Shown piece by piece: positions 1 through 9,305 of a stretch of DNA of 64,000 bases. Source of the DNA: Bacteroidales bacterium (GTDB lineage Bacteria; Bacteroidota; Bacteroidia; Bacteroidales; UBA3824); the NCBI GenBank assembly GCA_017544805.1, contig JAFYDK010000056.1:16973-80972 (forward strand), read 5' to 3'. The first letter of the stretch is position 1. Every line of letters begins with the position of its first letter. The translations under genes and the position numbers were made by a program. The notes under the pieces are model-generated. The model saw only the letters and a program-made list of their open reading frames with translations. It searched no databases and was not told where the DNA came from.

Positions 1-2271
1 GTTATGCTTGAGCCGCGCAGACTTGCAGCAAAGGCGATTGCCTTTAGAATGGCGGATTTGATGGGACAGAAGCCCGGCAAAACTGTCGGTTATACAATAA
101 GATTTGAAAATTGTGTTTCAAAGGATACGCGTTTGGAGGTTGTAACGGAGGGCGTTTTAACGCGCCGAATACTTGCAGACAACGAGTTGAAAGGGGTTTC
201 GACCGTGATTTTTGACGAATTTCATGAACGCAATCTCAACACCGATTTAACACTTGCTTTGGTGCGGGAGGCTCAGCAAATTTTAAGGGACGATCTGAAA
301 ATTATAATTATGTCTGCAACGATTGATGCAGAAAATCTATCCAAAATGCTTAACGCTCCTGTTATCAGCGCAACGGCAAAAAATTACAACGTTGAAATCT
401 TTTATGAAGGTTGCTGCGACGAGTTTTCAGTATCACGTCAGACGGCTTTAACCGTTTTGAAGGCTTTGGAAAGACATCCCGAGGGCGATATTTTGGCGTT
501 TTTGCCGGGCGAAGGCGAAATCAGAAAATGCGAAGAATTTTTAAAAAGCTCTGTTCACGGCGTTTTGATAAGTCCTCTTTACGGAATGTTGCCGCCTAAT
601 CTTCAACAACAAGCTATCATGCCTGACAAAAACGGTAGGCGTAAAATAGTTTTAGCAACTTCCATTGCCGAGACTTCGCTTACGATTCAAGGCGTTAAAA
701 TCGTTGTTGATAGCGGACTGAGCAAAATTCAGGAATATTCTCCCGATACTGGGTTGTCTGGATTGAAAACCGTAAGAATATCTCTTGATATGGCTTGTCA
801 AAGAGCGGGCAGGGCGGGCAGAATTTCTGACGGTTTTTGTTATAGGCTTTGGGATTTAACAACTCAGGACAGAATGTTGAAAAACCGTTTGCCGGAAATC
901 GAATACGCCGATTTAACTCCGCTTATGTTGGATTTAATAAAATGGGGCGAACCTAATCCAGAAAATTTAACTTGGCTGACTCCGCCCGATAAAACTTCCG
1001 TCAATCTTTCAAAGGAACTTTTGAAAACTCTTGAAGCCGTAGATGATAATTATTCTTTAACTCCACTTGGCGAAGAGCTGAGCAGAATTCCTTCTCACCC
1101 TCGAATTGCAAAGATGTTGGTTCAAGCGCGGAAGTATTCACTCTTGCCGCTTGCCTCAGACATTGCCGCAATACTTGACAACCGCGATCCTTTGCCGAGG
1201 GATTACGGAACGGATATTAATTTGAGAATCGAACGCCTAAGGCTCAACCGCAGAGAAAAACGTCATAACAAAAGTTTTGACAGAATAGAGCTTTATGCAA
1301 TGGAATTAAGAAAAATGTTCAAGGTTCAGGAGGATAATTCCGAGTTTGACAGTTATGATACGGGGCTGCTTTTAGCTGAGGCTTTCCCCGAGAGAATTGC
1401 CTCGGCTAAACCGGGCAACAATGCTCAATTCATGCTTTCAAACGGTACGATTGCGATGTTGGGACACGAAGATAGTTTAGCGGGAGAATCTTGGCTTGCC
1501 GTCGCAGCTCTAAATGCGAAAGAAAAAATCGCAAAGATATTTCTTGCCTCTCCTCTTAATCCCGTTTCTTTGAAAAACATGTTGAGAGAAAAAGAGTCTG
1601 TTCTTTGGAATACTAAAAAAGGCGGAATCGTTGCCCTAAAACAGTTGAAAATAGGAAATATGGTTTTGCAGGAAAAACCATTTGTGCCAGATTCTCAAGA
1701 GGTTGAACAAATTGTTTTGTCAGCGGTGAAAAAAGAAGGCGAGGTGCTTTTGGATTTTAATGATGAGGTTATAAATCTTCAAAACCGTATACTTTCGTTA
1801 AGAATTTGGAACGGTGAGGATTTTATGCCCGATGTTTCAACCAAAACTTTAATTGAAACGGCTCAAAATTGGCTTTTACCGTATCTTAGCGGTGTTAATA
1901 CTGTTGAAAAACTAAAAAAAATAGATATTTTTTCGGCATTGAAATATTCTTTAACACCTCTTGAGCAGCGGGATTTAGAAAAACTTGCGCCGGCTTTTCT
2001 TGAAGTGCCTACCGGACACAAAATAAAATTGAAATATTCTGCTTTAGGTTTGCAGCCTGTTTTAGCGGTAAGGCTTCAAGAGGTTTTCTCTTGGCAGGAA
2101 ACGCCTAAAATCAACGGCGGAAAAATTTCTGTTTTAATGCACTTGCTTTCTCCCGGTTTCAAACCTGTCCAAGTAACCTCGGATTTGAAATCTTTTTGGC
2201 AAAACGCATACAAAGAGGTTAGAAAAGAATTAAAACGCCGCTATCCGAAACATCAGTGGCCTGAATTGTGA
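1..2271 (+). CDS. hrpB: ATP-dependent helicase HrpB, 5'-truncated by window edge
   Basis: ORF runs off the left edge. It has the DEAH-box motif FDEFHER, SAT (MSATID), TSIAETSLTI and QRAGRAGR, plus a long HA2/HrpB-type C-terminal region. Confidence 0.9.
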   Translation, partial: VMLEPRRLAAKAIAFRMADLMGQKPGKTVGYTIRFENCVSKDTRLEVVTEGVLTRRILADNELKGVSTVIFDEFHERNLNTDLTLALVREAQQILRDDLKIIIMSATIDAENLSKMLNAPVISATAKNYNVEIFYEGCCDEFSVSRQTALTVLKALERHPEGDILAFLPGEGEIRKCEEFLKSSVHGVLISPLYGMLPPNLQQQAIMPDKNGRRKIVLATSIAETSLTIQGVKIVVDSGLSKIQEYSPDTGLSGLKTVRISLDMACQRAGRAGRISDGFCYRLWDLTTQDRMLKNRLPEIEYADLTPLMLDLIKWGEPNPENLTWLTPPDKTSVNLSKELLKTLEAVDDNYSLTPLGEELSRIPSHPRIAKMLVQARKYSLLPLASDIAAILDNRDPLPRDYGTDINLRIERLRLNRREKRHNKSFDRIELYAMELRKMFKVQEDNSEFDSYDTGLLLAEAFPERIASAKPGNNAQFMLSNGTIAMLGHEDSLAGESWLAVAALNAKEKIAKIFLASPLNPVSLKNMLREKESVLWNTKKGGIVALKQLKIGNMVLQEKPFVPDSQEVEQIVLSAVKKEGEVLLDFNDEVINLQNRILSLRIWNGEDFMPDVSTKTLIETAQNWLLPYLSGVNTVEKLKKIDIFSALKYSLTPLEQRDLEKLAPAFLEVPTGHKIKLKYSALGLQPVLAVRLQEVFSWQETPKINGGKISVLMHLLSPGFKPVQVTSDLKSFWQNAYKEVRKELKRRYPKHQWPEL

Positions 2272-2275
2272 AAAC

Positions 2276-2315
2276 AAAAAAAACGAATTGAAAGAAAATT
2301 CAATTCGTTTTTTTG
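2276..2315. terminator. Bidirectional intrinsic terminator between convergent hrpB and pyrF
   Basis: Stem ACGAATTGAA (2283-2292) pairs with TTCAATTCGT (2299-2308). An A-run precedes it and a T-run (2308-2314) follows. Confidence 0.8.
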
Positions 2316-2344
2316 TTCGTTAAAAAAAGATAAATAAGAAAATT

Positions 2345-3190
2345 TTATTTTCTTTGAGAATTCTTCTTGTTGTCTTCCAAAAGTTTTTTCATTTTTATGC
2401 TTATTGCCTCGGCTTGTTCGCCGGCTTTTTCAGCGAAGTCGCTGCCGTTTGAGGCGTAAATTATTCCTCTTGAAGAGTTTACTAACAGACCACAAGTCTC
2501 GTTCATGCCGAAAGTCGCAACATCTTCCAACGAGCCGCCTTGTGCACCTACACCCGGAACCAAAAGGAAATTGTTTTTGGCTATCTTTCTGATTTGTTGA
2601 AATTTATAAGCTTGTGTAGCTCCGGCTACATACATTATTCTGTTTTCATCGCCCCACAACTGACCGAATTTTAATGTTTTTTCAAACAAAAATTCATCGG
2701 TTTCCTTTTCTTGGATAATCTGAAAATCCGATGCCGAAGGATTTGAGGTTAATGCTAAAATTATTGCCCATTTGCCTTCGTATTCCAAAAATGGAGAAAT
2801 CGAATCCCTGCCCATGTACGGTGATAATGTTACGGCATCAAAAGGCATTTGCTCAAAAAACGTTTTAGCGTACATTTTGCAAGTGTTGCCTATGTCGCCG
2901 CGTTTGCAGTCGGCAATCAAAAATATACCCGGATAATTCTTTTTGATGTATTCGGCAGTTTTTTGGAGCGAGGTCCAACCTTTTGCACCTAAGGCTTCAT
3001 AAAAAGCAGTATTAGGTTTGTATGCTACCGCAAACTGTTGAGTAGCATCAACTATCCGTTTGTTGAACTCGAAAACAGGGTCTTCTTCGTTTAACAAACA
3101 TTCGGGAATTTTCTCGATGTCCGTGTCCAAACCGACACATAGAAAAGAGTTCTTCTTTACTATCTTGTTATAAATGTCTCTGTAGTTCAT
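2345..3190 (-). CDS. pyrF: Orotidine 5'-phosphate decarboxylase (type 2)
   Basis: 281 aa with FLCVGLD, IADCKRGDIGNT and VPGVGAQGG motifs typical of long-form PyrF. Confidence 0.9.
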   Translation of the reverse strand: MNYRDIYNKIVKKNSFLCVGLDTDIEKIPECLLNEEDPVFEFNKRIVDATQQFAVAYKPNTAFYEALGAKGWTSLQKTAEYIKKNYPGIFLIADCKRGDIGNTCKMYAKTFFEQMPFDAVTLSPYMGRDSISPFLEYEGKWAIILALTSNPSASDFQIIQEKETDEFLFEKTLKFGQLWGDENRIMYVAGATQAYKFQQIRKIAKNNFLLVPGVGAQGGSLEDVATFGMNETCGLLVNSSRGIIYASNGSDFAEKAGEQAEAISIKMKKLLEDNKKNSQRK

Positions 3191-3233
3191 ATTATTCCAA
3201 AATTTTACCCGCAGGATTTGTTGTAAAGCGAAG

Positions 3234-3241
3234 CAAAGTTA
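3234..3241 (-). promoter_or_regulatory. Bacteroidota -7 box (TAacTTTG) for pyrF
   Basis: Plus-strand CAAAGTTA is TAACTTTG on the minus strand, 44 nt upstream of the pyrF ATG. Confidence 0.45.
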
Positions 3242-3334
3242 GAAATAAATCATTGAATTAAAAAAATTTTTTTTGTAAAAAGTTTTTTTTAACTTTACAC
3301 TGCATTTTTTCTAATTATACTTGTATTTCGGTGC

Positions 3335-3342
3335 TATTTTTG
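3335..3342 (+). promoter_or_regulatory. Bacteroidota -7 box (TAttTTTG) for small ORF/ahcY unit
   Basis: TATTTTTG matches the TAnnTTTG consensus, about 120 nt upstream of the ATG at 3462. Confidence 0.35.
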
Positions 3343-3461
3343 CAGCCTAAAACGTAAAAGGCTGTTAGAAAAAAAGCTGTTACAATAAATATGAATCTAT
3401 ATTATTAAAGTGTATTGATACGGAATTAACAATTAAAGATAATAAAAAAAAAGTTTATATT

Positions 3462-3710
3462 ATGGAAAATTCAGAAGTTTGTCCTAAATTGGAAAAATGC
3501 CCGATTTTTAGGGAAGGAGTTTTGATGAATTCTATAACGGGCGATTCTTATAAAAATGTTTATTGCTTGAGAAAGAGACATTTGGAATGTAAAAGATTTC
3601 TTGTCTCTAAATCATATACAAAACCTATACCTACACAGGTTTTGCCGAATTCCTTTATGTCTATTGAGGAAATAATTAAGCGGCTTAAAGAGGGGTATTG
3701 GGAAAAATAA
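3462..3710 (+). CDS. Hypothetical 82-aa four-cysteine protein
   Basis: ATG-initiated ORF with Cys7, Cys13, Cys35 and Cys43 (C-x5-C ... C-x7-C). It lies directly upstream of ahcY. I cannot name a family. Confidence 0.5.
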   Translation: MENSEVCPKLEKCPIFREGVLMNSITGDSYKNVYCLRKRHLECKRFLVSKSYTKPIPTQVLPNSFMSIEEIIKRLKEGYWEK

Positions 3711-3782
3711 GTTCGTGTGGAAAAAAAATTTTCTAATCCAAAAAAAATTACGAACTTTGGCGAAATATTTTATCACGAAAAA

Positions 3783-5198
3783 ATGGAGAAAATCGATTTA
3801 ACGCTTCCTAACAAGGTCAAAGACATGACTTTGGCAAAATTGGGAAGAAAAAAACTTGAACTTGCTGAATCCCAAATGCCGGGATTGATGGCTTTAAGAG
3901 AGAAATATTCGGCTTCAAAACCGCTCAAAGGCGCTAAAATCACGGGAAGTTTGCACATGACTGTTCAGACTGCTGTTTTGATTGAAACTTTAACTGCTCT
4001 TGGAGCTGAGGTTCGTTGGGCTTCATGTAATATTTTTTCAACGCAGGACGAGGCTGCAGCTGCTGTTGCTGAGCGTGGTGTTCCTGTTTTTGCGTGGAAG
4101 GCCGAAAGTCTTGAAGATTATTGGTGGTGTACGGAGCAGGCTTTGACCTTCGGCGAAGGCATAGGTCCTGATTTGATTGTCGATGACGGCGGTGATGCAA
4201 CTCTTATGCTTCATCTTGGCGTTGATGCAGAAAACAATCCTTCAATTCTTGATACTTTGCCCGAAGGTGAAGATGCTAAGGAACTTTTCAAACGTATTAA
4301 ATTCTCTCTTGAGAGCTCTAAAAATAAATGGCACAATATGGTAAAGAATGTTCGTGGCGTTTCAGAAGAAACCACAACGGGCGTTCATCGTTTGTATCAA
4401 ATGTTTGAAAAAGGTACATTACTTTTCCCTGCTATTAACGTTAATGATTCGGTTACAAAGTCAAAATTCGATAATCTTTACGGTTGTAGAGAGTCTTTGG
4501 CTGACGGTATCAAACGCGCAACCGATATTATGATTGCCGGAAAAGTAGTTGTAGTTTGCGGTTACGGCGATGTAGGCAAGGGTTGTGCTAAAAGTATGAG
4601 AGGTTTTGGCGCAAGAGTTTTGGTGACAGAAATCGACCCGATTTGTGCGCTTCAAGCCTGCATGGAAGGTTTTGAAGTTACAACCGTTGAAGATGCGCTT
4701 TCACAAGGCGATATTTACGTAACTTGTACCGGCAACAGGGACATTATCACTGCTGACCACATGTCAAAAATGAAAGACAAAGCTATTGTTTGCAATATCG
4801 GACATTTTGACAACGAAATCATGATGGCAGACTTGGAAAAAGTTCCCGGTATTAAAAAAGTGAACATTAAACCTCAGGTCGATCAATATTATTTCCCTGA
4901 CGGACATTCGATTGTCGTTTTAGCGGAAGGAAGACTTGTAAATTTGGGTTGTGCAACCGGTCATCCGTCATTTGTTATGAGTAATTCATTTACTAATCAG
5001 ACACTTGCACAGCTTGATTTGTGGCAGAAAAAGTATGAAGTCGGTGTTTACAGATTGCCAAAATATTTAGACGAAGAGGTTGCAAGACTTCATTTAGACA
5101 AACTCGGCGCAAAACTTACACGCCTTACTCAGGCTCAAGCCGATTATATCGGTGTAAAGGTTGATGGTCCTTACAAAGCTGAGCATTACAGATATTAA
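3783..5198 (+). CDS. ahcY: Adenosylhomocysteinase (SAH hydrolase)
   Basis: [11 protein letters not shown], the [11 protein letters not shown]-binding site, HFDNEI and a C-terminal KxxHYRY tail. I prefer the ATG at 3783 to the GTG at 3717 because it gives the usual ~471-aa length. Confidence 0.92.
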   Translation: MEKIDLTLPNKVKDMTLAKLGRKKLELAESQMPGLMALREKYSASKPLKGAKITGSLHMTVQTAVLIETLTALGAEVRWASCNIFSTQDEAAAAVAERGVPVFAWKAESLEDYWWCTEQALTFGEGIGPDLIVDDGGDATLMLHLGVDAENNPSILDTLPEGEDAKELFKRIKFSLESSKNKWHNMVKNVRGVSEETTTGVHRLYQMFEKGTLLFPAINVNDSVTKSKFDNLYGCRESLADGIKRATDIMIAGKVVVVCGYGDVGKGCAKSMRGFGARVLVTEIDPICALQACMEGFEVTTVEDALSQGDIYVTCTGNRDIITADHMSKMKDKAIVCNIGHFDNEIMMADLEKVPGIKKVNIKPQVDQYYFPDGHSIVVLAEGRLVNLGCATGHPSFVMSNSFTNQTLAQLDLWQKKYEVGVYRLPKYLDEEVARLHLDKLGAKLTRLTQAQADYIGVKVDGPYKAEHYRY

Positions 5199-5228
5199 AA
5201 TCGTATTTATTTATTGCCTGCTATACAC

Positions 5229-5280
5229 GAATCCGCCTTGGAGAGATTTTTTTAATCCCGACAAGACGGATTCTTTTTTT
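5229..5280 (+). terminator. Intrinsic terminator after ahcY
   Basis: GAATCCGCCTTG (5229-5240) pairs with CAAGACGGATTC (5262-5273) with one mismatch, followed by a T7 run. Confidence 0.65.
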
Positions 5281-5329
5281 ATTTTTTTTTAAAACACATA
5301 TCTATATTTATAATCGTTGATAAAAATAA

Positions 5330-5337
5330 TATTTTTG
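5330..5337 (+). promoter_or_regulatory. Bacteroidota -7 box (TAttTTTG)
   Basis: TATTTTTG lies 39 nt upstream of the ATG at 5376. Confidence 0.45.
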
Positions 5338-5375
5338 TATTGTTTTGCGTTTAAATTAGAAAAAAAACATTGATT

Positions 5376-5987
5376 ATGAAAAAAACTGCTACGTTGATAA
5401 TATTTTTTTTATGCCTTTGTTTTTCTGTTAAGGCGCAGGACGACGAAGGATTTGCTACTTTTGGCGAAGATCTTATAGAGGATCAAAAAGATTTTTTGGG
5501 ATTTATGCTTTTGCCCGGCAGCAGCGATTTAATGCGGTTTTATCAAGTTCATATTAATAAGGACGGCTCGTTTAAATACACTCAACTTACCATGGACTCC
5601 TTTGTAAACCGTGCAGCCGGCAGAGAACGTACTATCGCTAATCCTAACGGCGTGAATTTTTTTTCTCAGTTTGGAATTAAGAATCCTGGAATCGTAGGTG
5701 AATTATGGAAACTCAGATACAAGGAATATCCTTATCAGACCAAAGGTCAGCCCGAACCCGGATGGTCAAACAATGCTGAATATCCCGAAATGCCGAGTCC
5801 TGCGCAGTTTGAAATGTTGAAACAATTCGGTATCGAAAGGCTTAGCAGTGTATGTTACGGCGATTTGTGTTTTATGCTTTTGTCTTGTATGGAAAATCAT
5901 GATTGGGTTTCCCGTTACAAAGGTCAGGCTTTGTCTAATGGCGGTGAAAACTTTTCCTCTGACGGCGACGATGTTTTTGTAGATTAA
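5376..5987 (+). CDS. Hypothetical secreted protein
   Basis: Signal peptide MKKTATLIIFFLCLCFSVKAQ. No recognisable family. Confidence 0.5.
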   Translation: MKKTATLIIFFLCLCFSVKAQDDEGFATFGEDLIEDQKDFLGFMLLPGSSDLMRFYQVHINKDGSFKYTQLTMDSFVNRAAGRERTIANPNGVNFFSQFGIKNPGIVGELWKLRYKEYPYQTKGQPEPGWSNNAEYPEMPSPAQFEMLKQFGIERLSSVCYGDLCFMLLSCMENHDWVSRYKGQALSNGGENFSSDGDDVFVD

Positions 5988-7330
5988 TTTGTTGATACAA
6001 CTTTCAGCGGTTGGGCAGAGTAAGTGTGCTTAACCGCTTTTGAAAGAAAATAGTTGAAAAATTTTTGAAGCTCTTCCCCCGTAAGCTCCTCCGTTATTTT
6101 CTCGTAATAAGAATCGGCATCGCAGTTGAAATTATATTTCTCGTGCATGACCGAAATCCAATAACTATTTTTCAGAATGTCTTGTCTGTGTTCTTTTATA
6201 AGTGAGGTTTTGATGTTTTCCAAATCCTCTTTGTTGAAACCGTTTTGGCTGATGTCCTGAATTATTGAGTTAATTTCTTTGTTTAATTGATTGTTGCAAC
6301 CATTTCTTTTATAAGCTATTATGCTTAATGTTATTTCGGACAATAATTCTTTTTGTGAGTGCAAAAAGTTTATGTTGCATTTTATTGTATCTGCATTGAA
6401 AGTTTTGAGGCGTTTGTTGATGTAATTTTGGAGAGCTTGGGTTTTGATTTTGTTTTCAAGATTGTATTTTAAGGATTTTGAAATATAATCCGTCTGAAAA
6501 ATATTTTCATCGCATTGAATATGAAATGTTTTATCAAAAGTTTTGTTGTTGAATTCCAATTTGTTTTTCGGCGAGCCTCCATTGGATTTTTTTTCTGGTA
6601 AAGCTCCGATGTATTGACAAATATATTTTTTTAAAGTGTCAATCTCGAAGTTTCCGCAGAAATAAAACGTAAAATCTCCTGTTGGGGTTACACGTTTTGT
6701 GTAATTTTTAAAGAGTTTTTTCTTTTTGATTTTTTTTGTGTCTTCTTGTACGAAATGTTTCGTTTTGGGATAGCGGGTTAAGAAAACGGAATCCTCAAAA
6801 ACTAATCCTTCATATCCGCATCTTTCTTTTAATTGTCTTATAATATGATATTTGCAAAAATCGAAATCCTGACTTTTGCAGCCTTTGGAGATAAAGGAAG
6901 AATATATCATTTTGATTAAGTCCTTTAACCCGTCGTCGTAACAACCGCCTTGAAACCATACGCCGCCGTTTTTAAGATTATATTTTAACACGGCGGAGGT
7001 ATTTACTTTGTCGATAAAATTGTTGATAACGGTATTTTGGATTATTAAATCCTCGAATTTGAAATTATAAAAATCCCTTTCTTTGTTGAAAGAAATGCCT
7101 TTGCGTGAGTAGGCGAGAAATTCTGTTTTGTTTTTGGGATTGTCGGTTTTTTTGATAACGATTTTTGCTCCGTTGTTTAGAGTCAAAAACAATGCGCCAT
7201 ACTGCTCGTCTTCCTTTTCAAAAACTATATGCCCATTTTTGCGGCTTTTTTCCGTTGAAGGGCTTTCTGTTTGGGAAAACGACAGAAATGCTTGAAAAAA
7301 TACTATGCAAAACAGATAAAATAATTTCAT
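5984..7330 (-). CDS. Hypothetical secreted protein, possibly a non-catalytic M16 (insulinase) C-terminal-like domain
   Basis: Has a signal peptide. The segment FTFYFCGNFEIDTLKKYICQYIGALP resembles the non-catalytic half of Bacteroides M16 peptidases. No HxxEH motif is present. Confidence 0.4.
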   Translation of the reverse strand: MKLFYLFCIVFFQAFLSFSQTESPSTEKSRKNGHIVFEKEDEQYGALFLTLNNGAKIVIKKTDNPKNKTEFLAYSRKGISFNKERDFYNFKFEDLIIQNTVINNFIDKVNTSAVLKYNLKNGGVWFQGGCYDDGLKDLIKMIYSSFISKGCKSQDFDFCKYHIIRQLKERCGYEGLVFEDSVFLTRYPKTKHFVQEDTKKIKKKKLFKNYTKRVTPTGDFTFYFCGNFEIDTLKKYICQYIGALPEKKSNGGSPKNKLEFNNKTFDKTFHIQCDENIFQTDYISKSLKYNLENKIKTQALQNYINKRLKTFNADTIKCNINFLHSQKELLSEITLSIIAYKRNGCNNQLNKEINSIIQDISQNGFNKEDLENIKTSLIKEHRQDILKNSYWISVMHEKYNFNCDADSYYEKITEELTGEELQKFFNYFLSKAVKHTYSAQPLKVVSTN

Positions 7331-7536
7331 CAGATTGAGGACTTTGGGCGTAAAGTTATGAAAAAAAAACTTTTTAGCAAAAAAAATGCGAAAAAAACAT
7401 AGGGTTTATCTCGTTTGAGGTGTTATATAAACAAAAATAAGAACTTTCTTTAAAACCAAAATTAATTGAAACAGTTTATATATAAGCATAGTATGTATAA
7501 AAATTAAGAATTTAATTTTCTAAAAAACTATTAACC

Positions 7537-7566
7537 GCCCCATAATTTTTATGGGGCATTTTTTTG
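7537..7566 (+). terminator. Orphan intrinsic terminator-like hairpin in a divergent intergenic region
   Basis: GCCCCAT (7537-7543) pairs with ATGGGGC (7551-7557) around a 7-nt loop, followed by A+T7. No plus-strand gene lies upstream. Confidence 0.55.
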
Positions 7567-8513
7567 AATTGACGTTTTATATTGTTAATTTTGTGCTCGA
7601 AAAAAACTTAAAGTCAGTGGACATCAAGTATCTCAACCATAACGAAATTGATTGCATAAAATGGGAAGACAATATTGCCGGGTCCCTTAATTTATGTATT
7701 TATTCGCATTCATGGTTTTTGGATTCCGTTCAATCCGATTGGGGTGCTCTTGTTTGGGAGGATTACCGCGCTGTGATGCCGGTTTTTTCTTTAGGCAGCA
7801 AAATGTATTTGCCGAAAGGCGTTTTTTGGACGGGAATTTATTCTAACGAGATAATTGAAAAGGAAGTTTACGGAGAGTTTTTGAATTTTATTTCCCAGAA
7901 ATTCACTTATGCCGATTTTAGAACGGATAAGTTTTTTCTTTACCCGGAAAAAACTTTAGGTAAGGTTTCTAAACATGATGTTTTTCAGTTTGATACATTA
8001 AAACCGTTGCAAGAAAGACTTTTTCTCAGCACTCCGGATCTAAAGAAATATATGGTTGCCTCAGATGTTAAGAATTATAAACTTGAAAGGATAGCTGATG
8101 CGGATACGTTTATTAAATTTGTAAAACTAAATCCGAATATTTGTTATAATGATTTTCGAGGTCTGGAAAGTATTATAAGGTGTGCCGTTAAGAAAAAAGC
8201 AGGCGTTGCCTTTTGTTTGAAAAATTTGGAATCTCAAACGGTAGGCTTTGTAACGGCTTTGTTTTCTGATAATTATGTTTTTGTTCCGTTCCTTAAAACA
8301 ACCAAAGGTATTGACTCGGAAAACGGAAGATTGCTTTTGATTTATCATTTGCTTTCGTTTTTGGAGGGTTTTCCCTCTACGGTTGTCCTTGATGCCAAAG
8401 ACTCGGGTGCCTCGTATACGCTTTTTAAGGATATGCGGGCCTTTAAGTCAGAATGTAAGAGTTTTCATCTTGACAGATTGTCTAAAATGTTGAGTTTTTT
8501 TTACAGAAGTTAA
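7551..8513 (+). CDS. Hypothetical protein (GNAT/FemAB-like fold suspected); start uncertain
   Basis: The conserved-looking N-terminal IDCIKWEDNI...YSHSWFLDSV...WGALVWEDYRAVMPVF resembles a widespread Bacteroidota family. The only ATG (7551) lies inside the hairpin. Alternative starts are TTG 7569, GTG 7593 and GTG 7617. Confidence 0.55.
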   Translation: MGHFFELTFYIVNFVLEKNLKSVDIKYLNHNEIDCIKWEDNIAGSLNLCIYSHSWFLDSVQSDWGALVWEDYRAVMPVFSLGSKMYLPKGVFWTGIYSNEIIEKEVYGEFLNFISQKFTYADFRTDKFFLYPEKTLGKVSKHDVFQFDTLKPLQERLFLSTPDLKKYMVASDVKNYKLERIADADTFIKFVKLNPNICYNDFRGLESIIRCAVKKKAGVAFCLKNLESQTVGFVTALFSDNYVFVPFLKTTKGIDSENGRLLLIYHLLSFLEGFPSTVVLDAKDSGASYTLFKDMRAFKSECKSFHLDRLSKMLSFFYRS

Positions 8514-8524
8514 AATTATAAATT

Positions 8525-9286
8525 ATGAAAATAGTATCATATAATCTCAACGGAATTAGAGCCGCCGTTACAAAGGGCTTGTATTCGTGGTTGAAAGACG
8601 AATTGCCTGATATATTGTGTATTCAAGAGACCAAAGCACAGGCAAGTCAGATAGACGAGGTGGAATTCAAACGTTTGGGTTACAAATGTTATTGGTTTTC
8701 AGCTCAGAAAAAAGGTTATTCTGGCACGGGAATCGTTACAAAACAAGAACCTGATAATGTGGAATACGGAATGGGTATTCAAAAATATGATGACGAAGGA
8801 CGTTTTATAAGAGCTGATTATGGTGATTTGAGCGTGATTTCGGTTTATCACCCCTCTGGCACGAGCGGCGACGAAAGACAAGCTTTCAAGATGCAATGGC
8901 TTGAGGATTTTACGCAATATGTTCAAGAATTAAGACAAACCCGTAATAAATTGATTATCAACGGAGATTTTAATATTTGCAGACTTTGGATTGACATTAA
9001 CCGTCCTGAAAAACATCAGGAGGATTCGGGTTTCTTGCCTGAAGAGCGTGAATGGTTTCAGCGTTTTGTTGATTTGGGTTATGTGGATAGTTTCAGGGAG
9101 TTTTCTTCAGAAGAAAAACAATACAGTTGGTGGTCGTATCGTGCGGGTGCGTATCAGAAAAATTTGGGCTGGAGAATTGATTACAACATGGTTACGGAAA
9201 ATTTAAAAGGTGAATTGAAGTCCGCTTTTATTCGTCCGGAATTGCGTTATAGTGATCATTGCCCGGTCGGAATTGAGATTTTTTAA
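8525..9286 (+). CDS. xth: Exodeoxyribonuclease III
   Basis: 253 aa. SYNLNGIR, CIQETK, NGDFNI and a C-terminal SDHCPV are typical of the ExoIII/AP endonuclease family. Confidence 0.9.
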   Translation: MKIVSYNLNGIRAAVTKGLYSWLKDELPDILCIQETKAQASQIDEVEFKRLGYKCYWFSAQKKGYSGTGIVTKQEPDNVEYGMGIQKYDDEGRFIRADYGDLSVISVYHPSGTSGDERQAFKMQWLEDFTQYVQELRQTRNKLIINGDFNICRLWIDINRPEKHQEDSGFLPEEREWFQRFVDLGYVDSFREFSSEEKQYSWWSYRAGAYQKNLGWRIDYNMVTENLKGELKSAFIRPELRYSDHCPVGIEIF

Positions 9287-9305
9287 TTTTTGTTTTCTTT
9301 GGAAA

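Noticed and set aside
3191-3461. Possible SAH riboswitch or other leader RNA upstream of ahcY
   Set aside because: The region is very AT-rich with no GC-rich pseudoknot-forming helices of the kind SAH riboswitches need. A protein-coding ORF also intervenes before ahcY. No support by eye.
3717-3782. N-terminal extensions offered by the ORF track (ahcY GTG 3717; also rsgA 9252, U32 12216, lipoprotein 13848, T9SS protein 42706, methyltransferase 56825, dacB 37055, esterase 45783, deaminase 49153)
   Set aside because: The extensions overlap upstream genes or terminators, start at non-ATG codons, or precede an obvious signal peptide or a conserved N-terminus that begins at an internal ATG. The internal ATG starts were used instead.
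5984-5987. Convergent genes with overlapping or abutting stop codons and no terminator (5370-5987/5984-7330; also 12255-13481/13482-13856)
   Set aside because: Compact convergent arrangements are common in dense bacterial genomes. Nothing further is supported by the sequence.
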